The translations under genes were made by a program, and so were the position numbers. Positions 8,191 to 14,365 of a stretch of 16,159 nt of DNA are shown piece by piece; the stretch's first letter is position 1; each line of letters opens with the position of its first letter. The notes beneath the pieces were generated by a model, which saw only the letters and a list, made by a program, of their open reading frames with translations, did not search any database and was not told the DNA's origin. Source of the DNA: Allobaculum fili (lineage in GTDB: Bacteria > Bacillota_I > Bacilli_A > Erysipelotrichales > Erysipelotrichaceae); contig NZ_JAHDSX010000050.1 in the NCBI RefSeq assembly GCF_020969955.1, positions 1-16,159 of the forward strand, written 5' to 3'.

Positions 8191-8970
8191 TTAGAGCTCT
8201 TCCGCAAAGCCTCTTTGCAGCTTGTCAAATACCCAGGTACCAAACATGGTCAGAACAATGCCGAGCAGCAGCACGATGCCGAGACAGATAAAGTTTGGCG
8301 CCGTTCCGTCCATCATGACGGCGCGGCTGGCGTCTACGATCATCGTCAGGGGGTTCAGACGGATCATATAGGCGAGAATATGCTTGGAAGGGAACACGCT
8401 GAGCGAATAAACGATCGGCGTTCCATAGAACAGCAGGTTTAAGACGAACTGAATAATGTTGTTAACGTCCTGGACGTACACATTCACGGCAGCCAGAATC
8501 AGACCGATGCCGTAAATGAGAAGGGCTTCAATCACTCCGATTGCCGGAATCCAGAGAACGTTCCACGTCAGAGGAATCTGGTAGATCACAACGAAGATCA
8601 GCATGATCGGAATGGAAATGAAGAAGTTGACCAGTCCGGAAAGAACCTGCGAAAGCACGAGGATCTTTCTCGGAAAGTAAACCTTCTTGACGACGCCCTC
8701 ATTGGCCTTGATGCAGCCGGTCGCGCCGACCACGCCGCTCTGGAAAAAGTTCCAGGGGAAAATACCGGTAATCAGATACACCAGAAAGTTCGGCATGCCG
8801 CCGCGCATCAGGTAAGGGAATACCAGGTAGTAAACCAGCACCTGAAGCAGAGGGGTCAGAAATGTCCACAGGACGCCAAGAAATGAACCTTTATAGCGGC
8901 CGCGAATATCCTTGCGAACGTTCGTCTTGAGCAGTTCGCGATATTCGTAGAACTCGCGGATGGATTTCAT
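8191..8970 (-). CDS. ABC-2 type polysaccharide/teichoic-acid export permease (Wzm/TagG family)
   Basis: 259 aa. The N-terminus RELLKTNVRKDIRGRYKGSFLGVLWTFLTPLL is typical of Wzm/TagG/KpsM permeases, and several hydrophobic spans follow it. A strong RBS, AAGGAGG, lies 6 nt upstream of the ATG. Confidence 0.9.
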   Translation of the reverse strand: MKSIREFYEYRELLKTNVRKDIRGRYKGSFLGVLWTFLTPLLQVLVYYLVFPYLMRGGMPNFLVYLITGIFPWNFFQSGVVGATGCIKANEGVVKKVYFPRKILVLSQVLSGLVNFFISIPIMLIFVVIYQIPLTWNVLWIPAIGVIEALLIYGIGLILAAVNVYVQDVNNIIQFVLNLLFYGTPIVYSLSVFPSKHILAYMIRLNPLTMIVDASRAVMMDGTAPNFICLGIVLLLGIVLTMFGTWVFDKLQRGFAEEL

Positions 8971-9025
8971 GTCAAGCCTCCTTGAAGCCGGTACCTGTGT
9001 GAAACAGAAGAAACCGTGCCCTCCA

Positions 9026-9055
9026 ATTATAAAAGAAATCGGAAGACAGAGTGAA
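9026..9055 (-). promoter_or_regulatory. Putative sigma-A type promoter of the glycan export/GT locus
   Basis: The minus strand has a perfect -10 TATAAT (plus-strand 9026-9031). The -35 is weaker, TTCACT at 18 nt spacing. The site is about 55 nt upstream of the wzm-like ATG and just downstream of the hydrogenase terminator. Confidence 0.45.
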
Positions 9056-9107
9056 AAATCCGTTTTCGAACGGGTTTACGGCTGTCCTCTATTGAAACAG
9101 ATCTCCC

Positions 9108-9143
9108 CGAAAAACAAAAGCGCCGGAGCGTTTTGCTCCGGCG
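9108..9143 (-). terminator. Rho-independent terminator of the hydrogenase gene
   Basis: The minus strand reads CGCCGGAGC-AAAAC-GCTCCGGCG followed by CTTTTGTTTTTCGG. The 9 bp perfect GC-rich stem (9121-9129 / 9135-9143) lies about 30 nt after the stop. Confidence 0.75.
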
Positions 9144-9175
9144 TAAATAGCGTTAAGGGAAGACGAAGCTGGAAA

Positions 9176-10714
9176 TTATTCTTCCGGTGGGTCGTACATA
9201 TGGGAGATTTCGTGCACGCGATCCGAATGCATGGATTCGTCCGCAAACTGCATCTTGTCTTCCTTGGCGTACTTCTTGACCTGCGCCGAGGTCTTGGCGA
9301 TCGGGGCAAGCGTTCCGGCACCGGCTACGCATCCGCCCGGGCAGGCCATGCCTTCGAGCAGGTAGCCGTTGAGACGGCCGGCCTTGGCCATCATCAGCAT
9401 CGTACGGCAGTTTTTCAGACCTTCGGCAGCCTGGACTTTTACCGTGGTACCCGGATTGTTTTTCTCGATAAGGGATTTAACGGCTTTCGCTACGCCGCCG
9501 GAAACCGCGAATTCACGGCCCGCTGCGGTACCTTTGTCAAAGGTGCCTTCTTCGGCAACAACCTGCGGCAGATCGATGCCCTTGGCGACGAACATGCCCA
9601 TGACTTCTTCAAAGGTCAGAACGAAGTCGACGTCCGAACGAATGGAACGGCGGCTCGCTTCGAGCTTCTTCGCCGCGCAGGGACCGATGAAGGCCACTTT
9701 TGCGTTCGGGTGTTCCTTTTTAATGAGACGGGCGGTCAGAACCATGGGCGTAAGCGCCATGGAAATATAGTCTTTGAACTGAGGGAATTCCTTTTTCGCC
9801 ATTACGGACCAGGCCGGGCAGCAGCTGGTCGCCATGAACGGCTGCTTTTCCGGAACTTTGTTCAGGAAGTCTTCGGCTTCTTCAATCGTGCACAGGTCGG
9901 CACCGATGGCGACTTCAACAACATCCGAGAATCCGGCTTCCTTCAGCGCCGCAACGACTTTTTCCGGAGTGACGGTCGGACCGAACTGGCCGACAAAGGC
10001 AGGAGCTACAGCGGCGATAACTTCTTCGCCTTCCTTCATGGCCTTGATGGTCTGGAAAATCTGACCTTTGTCGACGATGGCGCCAAACGGGCAGGAAACG
10101 AGGCACTGACCGCAGGATACGCACTTGTCGTAGTCGATTTTGGCTTTTCCGTCTTCGTCGGAATGGATGGCGTTCATGCCGCAGCTTACCGCGCACGGAC
10201 GTTCAATTTTTACGATCGCATGATACGGGCAGGCTTCCATGCACTTGCCGCATTTGATGCAGAGGTCCTGATCAATTTCCGAATGACCGTCCACCATGTG
10301 TACGGCTTTTTTCGGGCAGACTTCTACGCACTGGTGGGAAAGGCATCCCTGGCAGGCGCTGGTGACCATGACTTTCTTTTCCGGGCAGCCATGGCAGGCA
10401 AAGGAGATAATGTTAACGAGAGGCTGGTCATAGTACTTTGTCGCTACAGCGCTCTCTTCGACGCCGTCACTGATCGCGCCGGCGGTGGTAATGTCGCGTA
10501 CGGGCAGGCCCATGCCTAAGCGCAGACGTTCACCGATGATTGCACGTTCGAGAAAAACGGAATCACGGTATTTGGCCTGTTTGCCCTGAATGATTTCATA
10601 GGGAATGGCTTCCATTCTTTCTTTGTAATCGACGTCATCGCTGTAAGCCATATCGGCAATGGCCGCAAAGACTTTACGACGAATATCGGTAACCGAGTTG
10701 TAAACACCTCTCAT
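9176..10714 (-). CDS. [FeFe]-hydrogenase-like protein (monomeric, group-B-like): ferredoxin-type 4Fe-4S domains + H-cluster domain
   Basis: 512 aa. Cys clusters are CHGCPEKKVMVTSACQGCLSHQCVEVCP, CIKCGKCMEACP and CVSCGQCLVSCP. H-cluster motifs are L1 TSCCPAW, L2 GPCAAKKLE and L3 EGMACPGGCVAGAGT. The RBS is AAGGAGC, 8 nt upstream of the ATG. Confidence 0.85.
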   Translation of the reverse strand: MRGVYNSVTDIRRKVFAAIADMAYSDDVDYKERMEAIPYEIIQGKQAKYRDSVFLERAIIGERLRLGMGLPVRDITTAGAISDGVEESAVATKYYDQPLVNIISFACHGCPEKKVMVTSACQGCLSHQCVEVCPKKAVHMVDGHSEIDQDLCIKCGKCMEACPYHAIVKIERPCAVSCGMNAIHSDEDGKAKIDYDKCVSCGQCLVSCPFGAIVDKGQIFQTIKAMKEGEEVIAAVAPAFVGQFGPTVTPEKVVAALKEAGFSDVVEVAIGADLCTIEEAEDFLNKVPEKQPFMATSCCPAWSVMAKKEFPQFKDYISMALTPMVLTARLIKKEHPNAKVAFIGPCAAKKLEASRRSIRSDVDFVLTFEEVMGMFVAKGIDLPQVVAEEGTFDKGTAAGREFAVSGGVAKAVKSLIEKNNPGTTVKVQAAEGLKNCRTMLMMAKAGRLNGYLLEGMACPGGCVAGAGTLAPIAKTSAQVKKYAKEDKMQFADESMHSDRVHEISHMYDPPEE

Positions 10715-10787
10715 GTAAGTTGCTCCTTCCTTCCTCTGTATGGAATCAAAATGTGATTTCTGATGAATTTACTTAAACAGCTTTCTT

Positions 10788-10816
10788 AGAATAACAAGTT
10801 GTTACAAAATTCACAA
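10788..10816 (-). promoter_or_regulatory. Putative promoter of the hydrogenase gene
   Basis: The minus strand reads TTGTGA (-35, plus 10811-10816), a 17 nt spacer, then TATTCT (-10, plus 10788-10793). The site is about 75-100 nt upstream of the ATG. Confidence 0.4.
10799..10816. promoter_or_regulatory. Rex-type (redox-sensing repressor) operator candidate
   Basis: TTGTTAC-AAAA-TTCACAA compares with the published Rex consensus TTGTGAA-N4-TTCACAA (Clostridia variant TTGTTAA-N4-TTAACAA). It matches 12-13 of the 14 specified positions. It overlaps the -35 and spacer of the putative hydrogenase promoter. Confidence 0.5.
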
Positions 10817-11232
10817 ACAGAAATCATGAACTGTCGAAAATTATCTGGAAATGTAAGGGGTATCGAAAAATATCGCCTTAAAATTCAGGCACAGGAAGTG
10901 ACGGTTTCCCATGCGGCTTTCGCAGTGTGTTCCTTATTATTTTTATTCCGGTCATCCTTTTTTTCAATGTATTGATTCAAAATGATATCGCACTGCACAA
11001 AAAGGAAATAAGCAAGCCGGAGCCGCTTCCTTTCATCCTCAGAAAATAGGATTTTTTGAAAACAGAAAACGGGATGGAAAAAAGCCGGCTGGATACTCCG
11101 TCGGCATAAAGAAGAAAAAATGAAGAAGAAAAGGAGAAAAGCGCTCCGTCCAGACGGTGGAAACACGCTTTTCTTTGGAAATATTCAAAATCCGCGAAAG
11201 CGGGAATTTTGATTGGAGAAGGAGAAATTTCT

Positions 11233-12150
11233 ATGAAAGAGCTGATCATTCAGAAAAATGACGCGTCGCAGCGCCTGGACAAGTTTCTGCTCAAGGCGTT
11301 TCCAAATCTGCACAAGGGCGCGCTCTATAAAGCGGTGCGCAATAAGAAAATCAAGGTGAACCGCAAGCGGGCGCAGTTTGATCAGATCCTGCAGGAAGGC
11401 GATCACATTCTGCTCTTTCTGGCGCCGGATCTTCTCGAAACCAAACCGCAGACGATGGAAAAGCGGCCCGATCTGGATGTCGTCTACGAAGACGAAAACC
11501 TGATTGCGGCAAACAAGCCGGCCGGTCTGCTTTCGGTTAAAGATTCGGCCGAAAGCCAGGATACGCTCAACGACCGTCTGCTCTGGCATCTGTATAAAAA
11601 CGGGGAATACGATCCCGCAGCGGAACAGTCGTTTCGACCGGCTCTGGCGCACCGTCTGGATCGGAATACGTCCGGTCTGGTGCTGGCGGCCAAAAACGCC
11701 GAAAGCGCGCGAACGCTGGCCGAGGCGATCCGGGAGCGCGCGCTCAAAAAAAGCTACCTGGCCGTTACCCGCAAAAAGCCCGTTCAGGGACATATTGAAG
11801 TCTGGCTGAAAAAAGAAGGAACAAAGGCCCTGATCAGCGAGAGCCCGAAAGACGGCTATGACAGCGCCATTATGGATGTGCACACGATTGAGGAAGATCC
11901 AGTACGGCATCTGTGCCTTTCGCAGATCGATCTGCATACCGGGCGCTTTCATCAGATCCGCGCCACGCTCGCCCATTTCCATACCCCGCTGGCCCGGGAT
12001 GTGAAGTACGGCGATAAAAAAGGAAAAGGCGATTACCGGCTGCAGGCGTGGAAAATTTCGCTGGAAAACACGCCTTTTGAAAAGCCGGCTGTCATCGAAA
12101 TTCCCAAAAGCGAAAGACTGTCCTTAAAAACGCTTTCTGCGGATTTTTAG
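11233..12150 (+). CDS. RluA-family pseudouridine synthase with N-terminal S4-like RNA-binding domain
   Basis: 305 aa from the ATG at 11233. I chose this start over the track's 11209 because of GGAGAAGGAGA 6-8 nt upstream. It has the S4-like RLDKFLLKAF...NKKIKVN, the catalytic motif HRLDRNTSGLVLAAK, and GRFHQIRATL. Confidence 0.9.
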   Translation: MKELIIQKNDASQRLDKFLLKAFPNLHKGALYKAVRNKKIKVNRKRAQFDQILQEGDHILLFLAPDLLETKPQTMEKRPDLDVVYEDENLIAANKPAGLLSVKDSAESQDTLNDRLLWHLYKNGEYDPAAEQSFRPALAHRLDRNTSGLVLAAKNAESARTLAEAIRERALKKSYLAVTRKKPVQGHIEVWLKKEGTKALISESPKDGYDSAIMDVHTIEEDPVRHLCLSQIDLHTGRFHQIRATLAHFHTPLARDVKYGDKKGKGDYRLQAWKISLENTPFEKPAVIEIPKSERLSLKTLSADF

Positions 12151-12195
12151 AAGGGAATTCGAGCGGGAAGTCTGAAGCGAAAGCCGAAAGCAGAC

Positions 12196-12215
12196 CGCCA
12201 AACTGGCGATTTTAT
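12196..12215 (+). terminator. Weak terminator-like hairpin after the pseudouridine synthase gene
   Basis: CGCCA-AAC-TGGCG followed by ATTTTAT. The stem is only 5 bp. Confidence 0.3.
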
Positions 12216-12311
12216 AAAGATTAAATACAGAACAGAAAGCGTGCAGATCCAGCGTACGGAGCGAAACTAGAGCCGGTTTGGAAAGTCACAAGTTTCTGTT
12301 ACCGTCCAGAT

Positions 12312-12890
12312 ATGACACGACTGCTCATTTCTGCGCTCGTCTGCACGGGCTGCTTTCTGTTTTTTATTTGGCGCCACTATGGTCGATCCGCTGCTGGACT
12401 TATCTTCTGGGTGCTGTATTATCCGTACGTTCTGCTCGAACTGGCCTGGTCAGAGGAACTGCTCTTTTTTTGCGTTCTCGGTCTTTTTGGCGGCATGGCG
12501 TGGATGGAAGATTTGTATACGCGCTATTTCAGCGCGTACTGGCTGTTACCGTTTGGACTTCTTCTTTTCTGGAGTGTCGGACTCACGCACCCGGGATTGC
12601 GGGGCTTTTCGCTTTTGGATGGTCTGGGCTTTGTGTATGGCATTGGCGGTCTGGTTTTATGGAGACAGAAGAAACTGGGGCTTGCGGATGTGCTTTTGCT
12701 TTTCGGCCTGGCGTTTGGGCTTGGCTTTGAACGCATGCAGGTGTGCATGGCCATCAGTCTTCTTACAGGCTTCGTTTTACTTGGCTTCTCAAATGAGGAT
12801 ATTCCTTTTGGAAGCGCGCTGATGATCGGATTTGTGATCGCCTTTGCGCACGGTATGACTCTGTATGAGAAACTTGCGGGCTGCTTATGA
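12312..12890 (+). CDS. Polytopic membrane protein, divergent A24-family (prepilin-peptidase/TadV-like) aspartic peptidase candidate
   Basis: 192 aa and almost entirely hydrophobic. Its three motifs resemble A24 peptidases. WMEDLYTRYFS compares with the first-Asp motif DxxxxRIP. KLGLADVLLLFGLAFGLG compares with GxGDxKLL..lG. IPFGSALMIGF compares with the C-terminal (I/V)PFGPxL. No good RBS precedes the ATG at 12312. Confidence 0.5.
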   Translation: MTRLLISALVCTGCFLFFIWRHYGRSAAGLIFWVLYYPYVLLELAWSEELLFFCVLGLFGGMAWMEDLYTRYFSAYWLLPFGLLLFWSVGLTHPGLRGFSLLDGLGFVYGIGGLVLWRQKKLGLADVLLLFGLAFGLGFERMQVCMAISLLTGFVLLGFSNEDIPFGSALMIGFVIAFAHGMTLYEKLAGCL

Positions 12891-13042
12891 TTTTTTCTGT
12901 TCGCGGATCGTGCACCGGAGGCTCCTGAGAAAACGAACAGAATTCCAGTTTTGAAAGGTTTGCTTTCCTGCCGGTTTTGGTACACTCAATGCATATTTCT
13001 GAACAGGAATGCATTTTTATTTTGTCAAAGGAGGGGATCCGA

Positions 13043-14365
13043 ATGAACAGCTGGTTTGAAAACCTGAACGCCGTCCCAAATGGGCTTGCCTTAGGCGGCG
13101 GAGGGGCGAGAGGCTGCTACGAAATCGGTCTCTGGAAAGCTCTGAATGAAGCCGGGCTTCGCTTTGATGCGGTGAGCGGCACGTCGATCGGCGCGCTGGT
13201 CGGCGCCATGTATGTGCAGGGTGCCCTGCCACAGATGATCGAATTTGTACAGACGATGCATCCGCAGGCGATTGCCAAGGATATGGTTTACTTTCCCGAA
13301 AATCTTGGCAAATGGATTCAGGATCGAAAGAAAATTGAAGACTTTCTCTCCCGCTACATCTTTTCGAGAACGGGGATGAACATCTCGCCGCTCAAGGAAT
13401 CGCTGGATGCGATGTTTGACTATAAAGCGTTCAGGGCATCGCCGACCAACTTTGCGTGCATGACGTTTAATCTGAGCACGAAAAGGCCGGAAGCCTATTT
13501 CAAAAACGAGATGAACGAAGAAAACGCGCAGAACATCATTCTGGCTTCCGCATCGTGTTACCCGGCATTTCCGGTCATGAAGATGAACGATCAGGAGTAC
13601 ATTGACGGCGGCTATTGGGACAACGTGCCGGTAGATCTGGCCGTGAAGATGGGCGCGAAAAAGGTACTTGGCGTCGATGTCGAAGGGCCAGGCCTCGTGC
13701 TTCCGGTTTCTCCATCGGTCGATCTCTTTTTGATGAAGCCGATTTTGCCGCTGGAAAACTTTCTCGATTTCTCCCGCGCTGCGTGCATGAAAAATCTGGC
13801 TGCGGGCGAGCTGGAAATGGGAAAACTGCTCGGCCTGTATGCCGGTCATCTCTTTACCTTTGATCGAAGCAGTCAGGAAGCCATCGATTTTTACGAAGGC
13901 TATCTGGGCTTTCTCTTTTCGATTCATCGTATTTCCATGGAGGCCAGAGAAATTGCAGGACTCAGCCGCTGGGCCGTGAAGTATTCGCCAAGCGACTTGT
14001 CGAAGGCTCTGCTCGAACAGGAAAGCTTTGTGGAACTGCTCGAAATTCTGGCGTATCTGGCCGGTCTCGATCCGTATCGCGTGTATTCATTTGCGGATTT
14101 TCTTTCTTTGCTTTTTACGCGTCTGGGCGAGATTGAAGCCCATCCGATTCGCACGACAATCCAGAATGAAGACGACATTCATTCGAAAATGCGGCTGATC
14201 GTACTGATGAAAGAGCGGATTGCGCGCACTGGCGTCGATTCGATGCTGAAAACGACCCCGTACAATCGAATTCTGCCCGGCCAGGTCGCGCTTGCCCTGG
14301 TCTGGTTTTTCATGGAGGCAGCTTATGAACAGAGAACGACATCAGAACCTGCGTCCGGCCGATAA
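13043..14365 (+). CDS. Patatin-like phospholipase family protein (paralogue 1) with ~230 aa non-catalytic C-terminal region
   Basis: 440 aa from the ATG at 13043, which has AAGGAGG 7 nt upstream. The track start at 12977 has no RBS. It has the oxyanion motif GGGGARG, the nucleophile elbow GTSIG, and the catalytic Asp in IDGGYWDNVP. Confidence 0.88.
   Translation: MNSWFENLNAVPNGLALGGGGARGCYEIGLWKALNEAGLRFDAVSGTSIGALVGAMYVQGALPQMIEFVQTMHPQAIAKDMVYFPENLGKWIQDRKKIEDFLSRYIFSRTGMNISPLKESLDAMFDYKAFRASPTNFACMTFNLSTKRPEAYFKNEMNEENAQNIILASASCYPAFPVMKMNDQEYIDGGYWDNVPVDLAVKMGAKKVLGVDVEGPGLVLPVSPSVDLFLMKPILPLENFLDFSRAACMKNLAAGELEMGKLLGLYAGHLFTFDRSSQEAIDFYEGYLGFLFSIHRISMEAREIAGLSRWAVKYSPSDLSKALLEQESFVELLEILAYLAGLDPYRVYSFADFLSLLFTRLGEIEAHPIRTTIQNEDDIHSKMRLIVLMKERIARTGVDSMLKTTPYNRILPGQVALALVWFFMEAAYEQRTTSEPASGR

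Noticed and set aside
9060-9073. A small hairpin, CCGTT-TTCG-AACGG, with a flanking T/A run, considered as a second terminator.
   Set aside because: The stem is only 5 bp and it overlaps the candidate -35 of the glycan-locus promoter. I cannot tell whether it is a terminator or a chance structure.
11120-11212. The 30-codon basic uORF called as a CDS.
   Set aside because: It has no clear RBS (only a purine run), lies in low-complexity sequence, and is too short to evaluate. I kept it only as a note within a low-interest finding.
11209-11232. The longer N-termini offered by the ORF track for the pseudouridine synthase (11209), patatin 1 (12977) and patatin 2 (14292).
   Set aside because: Internal ATGs at 11233, 13043 and 14325 each have a well-spaced GGAGG-type RBS. 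The upstream starts have none, and they add residues that do not resemble the families' N-termini.
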